From an uncultured Clostridia bacterium (lineage in GTDB: Bacteria; Bacillota; Clostridia; Christensenellales; Borkfalkiaceae), in assembly GCA_944358655.1 (NCBI GenBank), contig CALVRO010000008.1, positions 320-64,319 on the forward strand: a stretch of DNA of 64,000 nt. The letters run 5' to 3'. The number at the start of each line of letters is the position of its first letter. Within the stretch, counting starts at the first letter, position 1. Below, piece by piece: positions 18,141 through 26,984 of this stretch. A program made the position numbers and the translations under genes. The notes below the pieces were generated by a model, which was not told where the DNA came from, ran no database searches, and saw only the letters and a list, made by a program, of their open reading frames with translations.

Positions 18141-18677
18141 TTAACTGTTTTGATAATCTTGTGATTTTACCGCGGTCAAAATTTCTTCGGCGACGGCGCG
18201 GCGCGAAAGCCGCCTGTCCATCGCCTGTTTTTCGAGGAAGCGGTGCGCTTCCTCTTCGTTCATGCCGCGCTCCAACAGTACGAGTTTGGCGCGGTGCACG
18301 AGTTTTTCGCACTCCAATCTCTCGCGGAGGCGGTCAAGCTCTTCGCAAACTGCAAACAGCCGTTCGCCCGCCCTGGCTTCCGCCCGCAGAACGCCCGCGA
18401 GCACGGGAAAGGGCACGTCGTGCGGCAGCACCGCCGCCCCGCTGCCCTTGAGCAGGCGCTCCGCTTCGGGGGTATTCTCATTTCTGACGATGACGACCGC
18501 TCCGCCCCGCGATGTGCGGGCGAGCACTTGCCTTTCCCAGCCGCATTTTTTGAGCTGCGGTATAAAGAGCGCCGCGTCACCGCCGTTTTCGACGGGCATA
18601 AATCCGCTCTTTTCAAGGTTTTCTTTTAGTTTCGGAAGCACCGTCGGATAATCGCAGTATAGGGCAATGCGTATCAT
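18141..18677 (-). CDS. ANTAR-domain RNA-binding regulator with a receiver-like N-domain
   Basis: C-terminal LRERLECEKLVHRAKLVLLERGMNEEEAHRFLEKQAMDRRLSRRAVAEEIL is a clear ANTAR motif. The start was set at ATG 18677 (MIRIAL) because AGGAGG lies 6 nt upstream; the ORF-track start at 18698 is a TTG. Confidence 0.85.
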   Translation of the reverse strand: MIRIALYCDYPTVLPKLKENLEKSGFMPVENGGDAALFIPQLKKCGWERQVLARTSRGGAVVIVRNENTPEAERLLKGSGAAVLPHDVPFPVLAGVLRAEARAGERLFAVCEELDRLRERLECEKLVHRAKLVLLERGMNEEEAHRFLEKQAMDRRLSRRAVAEEILTAVKSQDYQNS

Positions 18678-18701
18678 GGCGACCTCCTGCCGCCCCAAAA
18701 A

Positions 18702-19421
18702 TCAGTTGGGCGTGTACATCTGCCGATAGGGGTTTTCCGCATTCGGCGTGAGGCGATAATAAGTAGCTTCAAGGTAGGGGGCTTCGTCCCTTTTAAAGCG
18801 GGTGCACCACTCTTTGACGAGCGAAATTGCCTCCTCGCTTCCCGGGCCTTCTATGCGCTCCGCCCTGACCTGCGCGGGGAGCGCCGCGTCGAGCGCATCG
18901 CAGCGGAGCAGTATCTCGCCGCCGTGCATGCCCGTGCCGCAGAAGTTCCCGACTATAGGCTTGCCGTCCTTATGCCCGCCAAGAACGATTATGGTGCCGC
19001 CCGCCTGGTATTCGCCCAAAAAGCTGCCCGCCCTGCCGCCGATGACGATTGCGGGACGGTGGCTCAGATATGCCTTCATGTGTATGCCGCAGCGGTAGCC
19101 GACGTCGTCTTCGATGAATATCTTTCCGCCGCGCATGGCATAGCCCGTGGCGTCGCCCGCGCTGCCGTGCACTTCTATTACGCCGCCGTTCATCGTGTCG
19201 CCCGTCGCTTCCTGCACGTTGCCGCAGACTATAAGTTCGGCGCCGTTGAGATACGCCCCGAGGGCGTTCCCCGGCGTGCCGTGTACTACTATCTTTCTTT
19301 CGGCAAGTCCCGCGCCGAGGTATCGCTGCCCTACGCAGCCGAAAATTTCGATATCCTCGCCGCTCTGCCGCACCGCCGCATTGAGCGCCGTATAGTGCAA
19401 TTCTTCTGCATTTATCTTCAT
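18702..19421 (-). CDS. Glutamate synthase alpha-subunit C-terminal (GXGXG) domain protein
   Basis: Repeated beta-helix GXGXG-type turns (HGTPGNALGAYLNG, CGNVQEATGDTMNGG, HGSAGDATGYAMRGG, GGRAGSFLGEYQAGG). Confidence 0.85.
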   Translation of the reverse strand: MKINAEELHYTALNAAVRQSGEDIEIFGCVGQRYLGAGLAERKIVVHGTPGNALGAYLNGAELIVCGNVQEATGDTMNGGVIEVHGSAGDATGYAMRGGKIFIEDDVGYRCGIHMKAYLSHRPAIVIGGRAGSFLGEYQAGGTIIVLGGHKDGKPIVGNFCGTGMHGGEILLRCDALDAALPAQVRAERIEGPGSEEAISLVKEWCTRFKRDEAPYLEATYYRLTPNAENPYRQMYTPN

Positions 19422-19436
19422 CTCATATCTCCGCTC

Positions 19437-20945
19437 TTATAACGATTCGCCCGCATAGCGCACGCCCAGAAGGCGCAGTTCGGTGTCGGTGAGCCCTATG
19501 CCGCGCAGCATCAGGCGGTTGCCGCGGAGGGCTTCCAGCGAGTTGATGCCCATGCCGCCCATCATCTCTTCTATCTCGTGTTTCCATGCCGTGACGAGGT
19601 TTACCAGCCGCTTATAGCCCAAGTCGGGGTTGAGCCTCTTTACAAGGTCTGGCCGCTGGGTGGCGATTCCCCAGTTGCACTTGCCCGTATGACAGGAGCG
19701 GCAGAGGTGGCACCCGAGCGCAAGTAGCGCCGCCGTGCCGATATAGCATGCGTCCGCCCCGAGGGCGATCGCCTTTACGACATCCGCGCTCGAACGCACG
19801 GAACCGCCTGCGACTATCGATACGTTGTCGCGTATGCCCTCCGCTCTCAAACGCTCGTCTATCTGGGCGAGCGCCATTTCAATGGGAATGCCCACGTTGT
19901 CGCGGATGCGGGTTGGGGCGGCGCCCGTGCCGCCGCGGAAACCGTCTATCGCTATTATGTCGGCTCCGCTGCGCGCAATGCCGCTGGCTATCGCCGCCGC
20001 ATTGTGCACCGCCGCGATCTTTACTATTATCGGCTTTTTGTACTCCGTCGCCTCTTTGAGGGAATCGACGAGCTGTTTTAAGTCCTCTATCGAATATATG
20101 TCGTGGTGGGGCGCGGGGGATATGGCGTCTACGCCCTGCGGGATCATGCGCGTCTTGGATACGTCCTCGCTTATCTTTCCGCCCGGCAGGTGCCCGCCTA
20201 TGCCGGGTTTTGCGCCCTGCCCCATCTTTATCTCTATGGCGGCGGCTGTCTCAAGGTATTCCTTGTGCACGCCGAACCTGCCCGAAGCCACTTGTACTAT
20301 CGTGTGCCTGCCGTATTTGTAAAAGTCGCTGTGCAGTCCGCCCTCGCCCGTGTTGTAATATGTGCCGAGCTCCTCGGCCGCCCGCGCAAGGCTCTCGTGC
20401 GCGTTGTAGGAGATAGAGCCGTAGCTCATCGCCGAAAACATTACGGGAACGGAAAGTTTTAGTTGGGGCGGAAGGGTATCCTTTATCAGTCCCTTTTCGT
20501 CGCGCTCGACCTTGATCGTGCGTTTGCCTAAATAGAGTTGCGTCTCCATGGGCTCGCGCAGGGGGTCTATGGGCGGGTTGGTGACCTGCGAGGCGTTTAT
20601 CAGAAGTTTATCCCAGAATACGGGATAGGGCTTGGGGTTGCCCATAGAAGAAAGCAACACGCCGCCCGTGTTGGCCTGGCGGTACACTTCGTTTATCGTC
20701 TGCGCCTCCCAGTTGGCGTTTTCGCGATAGGTATCGTCCGTCTTTACTATCTTCAAAGCGTGCGTCGGGCATAAGCTGACGCAGCGGTGGCAGTTTACGC
20801 ACTTGCTCTCGTCCGCACGCATCAGCCCCGTCTCGGGGTCGAAGGAATGTACCTCGTTGGCGCACTGCCTCTCGCATACGCGGCAGACAATACAGCGCGC
20901 CTCGTTGCGGATGACTTCATATTCAGGTCTTATATAAAGCTGCAT
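19437..20945 (-). CDS. Glutamate synthase FMN/central-domain protein with an N-terminal 2x[4Fe-4S] ferredoxin module
   Basis: CIVCRVCERQC and CVNCHRCVSLCP lie at the N-terminus. Then the GltB domain-2 blocks MSYGSIS, QVASGRFGV, KMGQGAKPGIGGHLPG, SPAPHHDIYSIEDL, DGFRGGTGAAP. Confidence 0.9.
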   Translation of the reverse strand: MQLYIRPEYEVIRNEARCIVCRVCERQCANEVHSFDPETGLMRADESKCVNCHRCVSLCPTHALKIVKTDDTYRENANWEAQTINEVYRQANTGGVLLSSMGNPKPYPVFWDKLLINASQVTNPPIDPLREPMETQLYLGKRTIKVERDEKGLIKDTLPPQLKLSVPVMFSAMSYGSISYNAHESLARAAEELGTYYNTGEGGLHSDFYKYGRHTIVQVASGRFGVHKEYLETAAAIEIKMGQGAKPGIGGHLPGGKISEDVSKTRMIPQGVDAISPAPHHDIYSIEDLKQLVDSLKEATEYKKPIIVKIAAVHNAAAIASGIARSGADIIAIDGFRGGTGAAPTRIRDNVGIPIEMALAQIDERLRAEGIRDNVSIVAGGSVRSSADVVKAIALGADACYIGTAALLALGCHLCRSCHTGKCNWGIATQRPDLVKRLNPDLGYKRLVNLVTAWKHEIEEMMGGMGINSLEALRGNRLMLRGIGLTDTELRLLGVRYAGESL

Positions 20946-22039
20946 TATGCCTGCCCTCCCCGATCATAGAGTTCGTAGATGACCGCCTCGCCGCCCGCGG
21001 GCGAATAGAGTCTGTCGAGCGAAGGTTCTATGCGCCGTATCGCGCTCTCTTCGCTGGAAATGTACGCCCTGTCGCCCTTCTCCGCGCAGATCATAGAGCG
21101 CAGTTTGAGGCGATCGCACAGCCCCATGATGCCGCACGAGTAGCCGACTATTATGGAGAACGGCCCCGTGACGAGGAGGGAGGGGAACATGCGGCGAAGG
21201 AGCGTCTCCTGGCTGCGTGCGGGCTCTTCTTTGCGTTCAATGGTCGACCAGAAGGACGCCGCTATGACGTGGGAGACTTCCTCCAAGGTCAGCCGCTGCC
21301 GCCGCACGAGGTAGTCTATGATGTAGGCGATGACCTCGGTATCAGTCTGCAAAGTGCATTTATAGCCGAACATCTCCATATAGCGGCGGTTGGCGTCGTA
21401 GGAGGAGATCTCGCCGTTATGCACGACGGAGAGATCCAAAAGCCCGAAGGGGTGCGCGCCGCCCCACCAGCCGGGGGTGTTGGTGGGGTATCTGCCGTGG
21501 CACGTCCAGGCATAGCCCTCGTACTCGTCCAGGCGGTAGAACCTGCCTATGTCCTCGGGGTACCCCACGCCCTTGAATATGCCCATGTTCTTGCCGCTCG
21601 AAAACACATGGGCTCCGTCTATCACGCTGTTTATCTTTATGACGCACCGCGCCACATACTCGCGCTCGTCGAGGTGCGAATTGCTCAGTTTTATGGGCAG
21701 CGGCGCCAAAAAATAGCGGAATATCACGGGCTCGTTCTTTACTGACGGCAGTTTGCGCGTCTGTATTTCGGAGCAATATACTATTTCGAAATGCCTCTTT
21801 AAGAAGGCTTCGGTCTCTTCCTGCGCCCTCTGCGTGTCGAAAAACAGGTGGAAGGCGTAAACGTCCTTGAAGTGCGGGTATATGCCGTAGCCCGCAAATC
21901 CGCCGCCGAGGCCGTTTGACCTGTCGTGCATGACTTCGATGGCGGATATCATGCTCTCGCCCGTCAGTTTGTTGCCGCCGCGGTCGATAACTGCCGCCAC
22001 GGCGCACCCCGAAGGGTTGCGGAAATGTCCTTCTCTCAT
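20945..22039 (-). CDS. Class II (Ntn) glutamine amidotransferase domain protein (GltB domain 1-like)
   Basis: 364 aa. Contains NPSGCAVAAVID, RSNGLGGGFAGYG and HGRYPTNTPGWWGGAHPF...VHNGEISSY blocks. Its stop overlaps the start of the FMN-domain gene. Confidence 0.85.
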   Translation of the reverse strand: MREGHFRNPSGCAVAAVIDRGGNKLTGESMISAIEVMHDRSNGLGGGFAGYGIYPHFKDVYAFHLFFDTQRAQEETEAFLKRHFEIVYCSEIQTRKLPSVKNEPVIFRYFLAPLPIKLSNSHLDEREYVARCVIKINSVIDGAHVFSSGKNMGIFKGVGYPEDIGRFYRLDEYEGYAWTCHGRYPTNTPGWWGGAHPFGLLDLSVVHNGEISSYDANRRYMEMFGYKCTLQTDTEVIAYIIDYLVRRQRLTLEEVSHVIAASFWSTIERKEEPARSQETLLRRMFPSLLVTGPFSIIVGYSCGIMGLCDRLKLRSMICAEKGDRAYISSEESAIRRIEPSLDRLYSPAGGEAVIYELYDRGGQA

Positions 22040-22083
22040 ATCTCTTGCGCCTCCTTGAAGGGATCTTGCGTGTATGTAAATTC

Positions 22084-22112
22084 ATTATATGCCCCCGCCG
22101 CGGCGCGGTCAA
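22084..22112 (-). promoter_or_regulatory. Sigma-70-like promoter of the split-GOGAT/ANTAR/purF unit
   Basis: On the minus strand: TTGACC, a 17-nt spacer (gcgccgcggcgggggca), then TATAAT. It lies about 45 nt upstream of the ATG at 22039. Confidence 0.6.
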
Positions 22113-22227
22113 GCAATGCAAACGCATAGGGAATTTGTCATTTTTTATGTAAGATATAAGCTGTACTTATATATTGCTGTAAATTACTGTGTGCTGCCGC
22201 GGTGTAATACGGCCCCCGAAGGCATAT

Positions 22228-22262
22228 GGAAAGGCGCCCCGCATCGCTGCGGGACGCCTTCC
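22228..22262 (-). terminator. Strong hairpin downstream of amt (possible attenuating terminator)
   Basis: On the minus strand: GGAAGGCGTCCCGCA-gcga-TGCGGGGCGCCTTTCC. The U-tail is weak (ccauaug), so efficiency is uncertain. Confidence 0.45.
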
Positions 22263-22295
22263 TATGACGTATGTAGAGAGTGTGGGTAAAGTTGA

Positions 22296-24038
22296 TCAGT
22301 CTTCCTGCAATGCGTCGTAGCCGCTCTCGCCCGTGCGCACGCGCACCACGTCGTCTACGTCGTACACAAATATCTTGCCGTCGCCTATGTGACCGGTGTA
22401 CAGAGCCCTGCGCGCCGCCTCTACGACGTCGGCTACGGGCACCTTGCTGACGACTACTTCGACTTTTACCTTGGGCAGCAGATCCATATCCACTTTTACG
22501 CCGCGGTAATATTCGCTTGCGCCCTTTTCAACGCCGCAGCCGAGCACCTGCGTCACCGTTATGCCCGTCACGCCTATATCGTTGAGCGCCGCTTTCAGGT
22601 CGTCGAATCTCGACTGCTTTGCAACGATGACCACCTTGGAAAGTTTTTCCTTTCCGCTGCTTGCGCGCACGGCGGGGATATCCGCGGCGGGCTCTTTCGC
22701 GGCGGGGATATCCGCTGCGGTTATCGTCATGTCTGGGTCGAGCATCTCGGCGGCGAGCGGAACGGGCGCAAAGTTTGCATAGGCGCTCACAAGGCCGTGT
22801 TCGTGTTTGTCGAGGCCTTCAATCTCTTCGATAGGCGAGGCGCGCAGGCCTACCGTCTTTTTGAGGAGCAGGAAGAGACCTATCATGCATACGGTCGTCC
22901 ACGCCGCTATGCATACGATGCCTAAAAGCTGTACGCCCAGCATATTGAAGCCGCCGCCGTAGAATAGTCCCTTCTGCGCCGAATCGCCCACGGGGTTGAT
23001 GCCTGTCGAAAAGAGCCCTACGGCTATGGTGCCCCAAAGCCCGTTTACGCCGTGCACGGCTATGGCGCCCACGGGGTCGTCGACGTGCAGCTTTTTATCG
23101 AGCACTTCAACGGCTACGTCCACGAGTATGCCGGCTATAAGGCCTATGAAGAACGCGCCGACAATGTCCACGTTGGCACAGCCTGCCGTAACGGCTACAA
23201 GCCCCGCGAGAGAGCCGTTGAGAGTCATGGATACGTCGGGCTTTTTGTTCTTTATCCAGGTAAATACCATCGTCGATATGGTGCCCGTGGCGGCCGCGAC
23301 GGTAGTGGTGACAAGCACCTGCGAAAGCTGTGCCATGCCCGAAGTAGCCGCGCCGTTGAAGCCGTACCAGCAGAACCAGAGTATGAATACGCCCAGCGCG
23401 CCCACGGTGAGGTTGTGGCCGGGGATGGCGCGCACAAATTTTGCATCCCTGCGTATAAGGGTGGGCCTGCCGTCCTTATCGAGGTATTTGCCCGTGCGCG
23501 GGCCCAAGATGATCGCACCTATCAGCGACGATATGCCGCCCACCATATGTATGAGCGAAGAGCCCGCAAAGTCCACATAGTAAACGCCCGCAATCTCGTT
23601 CGTCAGCCAGCCGCCGCCCCATACCCAGTGCGCTTCGATGGGATATACTACCGCACTTATCACAAGCGAGTAGATGCAGTAGGAGAGGAACTTGGTGCGC
23701 TCAGCCATCGCGCCCGAAACTATGGTGGCGGTGGTTGCGCAGAACACGAGGTTGAAGAAGAAGGTAGACCAGTCGTAGTTTGCAAAGTCGGAGAACATGT
23801 CAAGGTTGGGTATGCCTATGAGCCCGAACAGCGCGTCCTCGCCCATCAGCAGTCCCGCGCCGAGCAGAACAAACACTATGGTGCCCAGGCAGAAGTCCAA
23901 AAGGTTTTTCATTATTATGTTGCCGGCGTTTTTTGCGCGGGTAAAACCCGTCTCCACCATGGCAAACCCTGCCTGCATGAACCAGACGAGTATGGCGCCT
24001 ATTAAAAACCATACTCCGGTAGAGCCAAAAATTTCCAT
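22296..24038 (-). CDS. amt: Ammonium transporter (Amt) fused to a C-terminal P-II (GlnB/GlnK-like) domain
   Basis: The N-terminal ~430 aa is a polytopic Amt (FMQAGFAMVETG, DFAGSSLIHMVGG, AVHGVNGLWGT). After an AADIPA-repeat linker, the last ~115 aa read KVVIVAKQSRFDDLKAALNDIGVTGITVTQVLGCG...YYRG...KVEVVV...GDGKIFVYDV, a P-II fold signature. Confidence 0.9.
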   Translation of the reverse strand: MEIFGSTGVWFLIGAILVWFMQAGFAMVETGFTRAKNAGNIIMKNLLDFCLGTIVFVLLGAGLLMGEDALFGLIGIPNLDMFSDFANYDWSTFFFNLVFCATTATIVSGAMAERTKFLSYCIYSLVISAVVYPIEAHWVWGGGWLTNEIAGVYYVDFAGSSLIHMVGGISSLIGAIILGPRTGKYLDKDGRPTLIRRDAKFVRAIPGHNLTVGALGVFILWFCWYGFNGAATSGMAQLSQVLVTTTVAAATGTISTMVFTWIKNKKPDVSMTLNGSLAGLVAVTAGCANVDIVGAFFIGLIAGILVDVAVEVLDKKLHVDDPVGAIAVHGVNGLWGTIAVGLFSTGINPVGDSAQKGLFYGGGFNMLGVQLLGIVCIAAWTTVCMIGLFLLLKKTVGLRASPIEEIEGLDKHEHGLVSAYANFAPVPLAAEMLDPDMTITAADIPAAKEPAADIPAVRASSGKEKLSKVVIVAKQSRFDDLKAALNDIGVTGITVTQVLGCGVEKGASEYYRGVKVDMDLLPKVKVEVVVSKVPVADVVEAARRALYTGHIGDGKIFVYDVDDVVRVRTGESGYDALQED

Positions 24039-24066
24039 ATTTTACCTCCAAAAGTTTTATATTCTT

Positions 24067-26154
24067 TCAGTTTACGCTGAACAGCAGTTTTCCGTATGTG
24101 GGGAAGGGCCATGCCCTTTCGTCGGTCAGGCTCTCTGCCCTGTCCGCCGCGGAGCGCAACTCCTGCATGACAGGCAGCACCTTTTCGGCAAAGAACAGCG
24201 CCTGCGCGCCCGTTTCGTCTATTGCCGCGGCGGAAGAGAGCTTCTCTTCAAGTTCGTCTGCCTTTGCCGCTATCTTGGCGTTGAGCGCAAGCAGCTCTTT
24301 TGCCGTCTTTTCCTCCGCGGGGCAGGCGGCGCCGAATGAAGTTTTTACCGCGTCGGCGGTCTTTGCAAGCGTCCGTATGTAACCGCTCACTGCGGGGAAT
24401 ATGTCGCGCCGCGCCATTTCGAGCATGGTCAGCCCCTCTATGGAGAGCACTTTGGAATAGTTTTCCAGCATTATCTCCGTGCGGGTGACTACTTCGCGCG
24501 CGGTGAACACCTTCATGCGCTCAAACAGGGCTATATTCTTTTCGTCGGCAAAGTGCGGCAGCGCCTCGGCGGCGTTTTTCAGGTTGCAAAGCCCTCTTTT
24601 CGCCGCCTCTTCCGTCCATTCGGGCGAATAGTTGTTGCCGTTGAAGATGATGCGCTTGTTCTCGCGTATGGTGCGCACTACGAGGGCATGTAGCGCCGCC
24701 GTAAAGTCGGGCGCTTTTTCCAGCTCGTCGGCAAACTGCCGCAGGGTGTCCGCAACTATGGCATTGATCGTGATGTTTGGCCCTGCGAGCGAGAAGGAGG
24801 AGCCCACCATGCGGAATTCAAACTTGTTGCCCGTGAAGGCAAAGGGGGAGGTGCGGTTTCTGTCGGTAGTGTCCTTGGGGATGACGGGCAGCGAATCTAC
24901 GCCCAGCTTCATCACCTTTCTGCCGGAGCCCTTGTAAGTCTCCTCCCTTTCGAGCGCGGCGAGGATGGCTTCGAGCTCTTCGCCCACGAATACCGAGACG
25001 ATGGCGGGAGGGGCCTCGTTTGCTCCCAGCCTGTGGTCGTTGCCCGCGCTCGCCACGGAGAGGCGCAAAAGATCCTGGTGGTCGTTTACCGCCTTTATCA
25101 CCGCCATTAAAAAGAGCATGAACTGTCCGTTCTCCGCGGGCGTCTTGCCGGGGTCGAGCAGGTTTAAGCCCGTATCCGTGCCCATAGACCAGTTGTTGTG
25201 TTTGCCCGAACCGTTTATGCCTTCAAACGGCTTTTCGTGCAGCAGGCATACAAGATCGTGGCGGCCCGCGACCTCCTTCATTATCTCCATCATCAGCTGA
25301 TTTTGGTCGGACGCCACGTTTATGGATGTGAATATGGGCGCAAGCTCGTGCTGGGCGGGCGCGACTTCGTTGTGCTTGGTCTTGGCAAGAATGCCGTACC
25401 GCCACAGCTCTTCGTCGAGCTCCTTCATGAATGCCGAAACGCGCGGCTTTATCGGGCAGAAATAATGGTCTTCAAGCTCCTGTCCCTTGGGCGGCTTCGC
25501 CCCGAAGAGCGTCCTGCCCGTGAAGATGAGGTCTTTGCGCTGTTCGTACACGGCGCGGTCGACGAGGAAGTATTCCTGCTCGGCGCCTACCTGGGCGATC
25601 ACGCGCTGAGCCGTCGTGTTGCCGAAGAGGCGCAGTATGCGCAGCGCCTCCCTGTTGAGCGCCTCCATGCTTTTAAGGAGCGGCGTCTTTTTGTCGAGTA
25701 CTTCGCCGCTGTAAGAAAAGAACGCCGTGGGGATGTACAGTGTGCCGTCCTTGACGAAGGCGAATGAGGTGGGGTCCCACGCCGTGTATCCTCTCGCTTC
25801 AAAGGTGGCGCGCACCCCGCCCGAAGGGAAGGACGAGGCGTCGGGCTCGCCCATCACGAGCTCTTTGCCGGAAAATTCCATTATGACCTTTCCGTCCTTG
25901 GTGGGCGAAATAAAGCTGTCGTGCTTTTCCGCCGTGATGCCCGTCATCGGCTGGAACCAGTGCGTGAAGTGCGTGGCGCCCTTCTCTACCGCCCAGTCCT
26001 TCATCGCGTTGGCAACCACGTTGGCGACGTTCATATCCAGCGGATGCCCGAAATTTATGGTGTTCATAAGCGACTTGTAGGTGTCTTTGGGCAGTCTCGC
26101 CTGCATAACGCTGCAATTGAATACGTCAGATGCAAAAATTTCAGGAACGTTCAT
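24067..26154 (-). CDS. glnN: Glutamine synthetase, type III
   Basis: ~695 aa. [12 protein letters not shown]..., [36 protein letters not shown] and [10 protein letters not shown] are type III GS blocks. The start was set at ATG 26154 because GGAGG lies 8 nt upstream; the ORF-track start at 26193 adds 13 aa. Confidence 0.92.
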   Translation of the reverse strand: MNVPEIFASDVFNCSVMQARLPKDTYKSLMNTINFGHPLDMNVANVVANAMKDWAVEKGATHFTHWFQPMTGITAEKHDSFISPTKDGKVIMEFSGKELVMGEPDASSFPSGGVRATFEARGYTAWDPTSFAFVKDGTLYIPTAFFSYSGEVLDKKTPLLKSMEALNREALRILRLFGNTTAQRVIAQVGAEQEYFLVDRAVYEQRKDLIFTGRTLFGAKPPKGQELEDHYFCPIKPRVSAFMKELDEELWRYGILAKTKHNEVAPAQHELAPIFTSINVASDQNQLMMEIMKEVAGRHDLVCLLHEKPFEGINGSGKHNNWSMGTDTGLNLLDPGKTPAENGQFMLFLMAVIKAVNDHQDLLRLSVASAGNDHRLGANEAPPAIVSVFVGEELEAILAALEREETYKGSGRKVMKLGVDSLPVIPKDTTDRNRTSPFAFTGNKFEFRMVGSSFSLAGPNITINAIVADTLRQFADELEKAPDFTAALHALVVRTIRENKRIIFNGNNYSPEWTEEAAKRGLCNLKNAAEALPHFADEKNIALFERMKVFTAREVVTRTEIMLENYSKVLSIEGLTMLEMARRDIFPAVSGYIRTLAKTADAVKTSFGAACPAEEKTAKELLALNAKIAAKADELEEKLSSAAAIDETGAQALFFAEKVLPVMQELRSAADRAESLTDERAWPFPTYGKLLFSVN

Positions 26155-26258
26155 AACATATGCCTCCGTGCGGGCAAATAAAAAGCGCCGCACAAAATGC
26201 TCCCCGAACGGAACATTTCGTGCAACGCCTTTGTTGCCTGCATTTAATTGATAGTGCC

Positions 26259-26287
26259 ATTATAGCCGCGAAAAGCGCGGCTGTCAA
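26259..26287 (-). promoter_or_regulatory. Consensus sigma-70 promoter of glnN
   Basis: On the minus strand: TTGACA, a 17-nt spacer (gccgcgcttttcgcggc, itself a perfect palindrome), then TATAAT. It is followed by a leader of about 100 nt. Confidence 0.7.
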
Positions 26288-26714
26288 TCAAACGGGCGGT
26301 CGGTAAATATTGTACTTTTAAATCACATCTATAAGCAGAGCTTATATATTAAGGAAATCTGCTTTGTACGCCCTGCCGAAAAAATTTCGGCAGGGCGCTT
26401 AACTTTTTAAACGATTTATCACAGTTCCTTATTTTTTGGTAAAAGATTTATTTACCGAAATATCACACTGATAACTTTTTGGTAAACAGAAATATTAATT
26501 GTGTTTTTATATGTAAGAATACGATTTGTTTATGGTTTTTATATTTTTATTATTAAATTGCAAAAACTTGACGATGGCGTGATAGAAATTTTCGGAAAAT
26601 GAATGTACGGAATATGTATTTGAGGTTGAAAAATATGTGGTTTTATTTTAGGATAAAGCCGACGACAGAATAATGCGATCGGTATTCTGGCGCAGATAAA
26701 ACTTGGAGGAGAAG

Positions 26715-26984
26715 ATGCAGAAATTCATCAACAAATTCCCCTGGGGCGTAGCTGCGGGGGTCACAGGCATATTGTGCTTTTATTTTATGGCTGCCTCATT
26801 CGGCATACAGTTTGTATTTGCACAGGTAAATGCCCAGACGGGACAGGTTGCGACCCTGTTCGACACATGGTGGCAGACTTTGCTGTTTGTGTTCGCCATG
26901 ATCACGGCCATTCTTTTTGTGGCGTCGCTTGTAATGTTCATACTCAGAAAAGCATCGGTATTCAATAAAGGAGGGGCAAAGTGA
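26715..26984 (+). CDS. Small membrane protein (2 TM), function unknown
   Basis: GGAGGAG RBS before the ATG at 26715 (the ORF-track start at 26703 is a TTG). Two hydrophobic helices. The stop overlaps the next start (GTGA). Confidence 0.5.
   Translation: MQKFINKFPWGVAAGVTGILCFYFMAASFGIQFVFAQVNAQTGQVATLFDTWWQTLLFVFAMITAILFVASLVMFILRKASVFNKGGAK

Noticed and set aside
22040-22083. Searched the short GOGAT leader and the 28-nt glnN-amt and ANTAR-purF gaps for ANTAR dual-hairpin or riboswitch elements.
   Set aside because: The leaders are too short (about 40 nt or less) and contain no paired hexaloop stems. Only the glnN leader has a partial match, and that is reported separately.
26369-26410. 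Perfect hairpin CGCCCTGCCGAAA-aaa-TTTCGGCAGGGCG with a weak T-rich tail in the glnN upstream region, considered as a terminator.
   Set aside because: No gene reads into it from either side within the window (glnN starts downstream of it on the other strand). It may insulate divergent promoters or belong to a decayed element, so no function was assigned.
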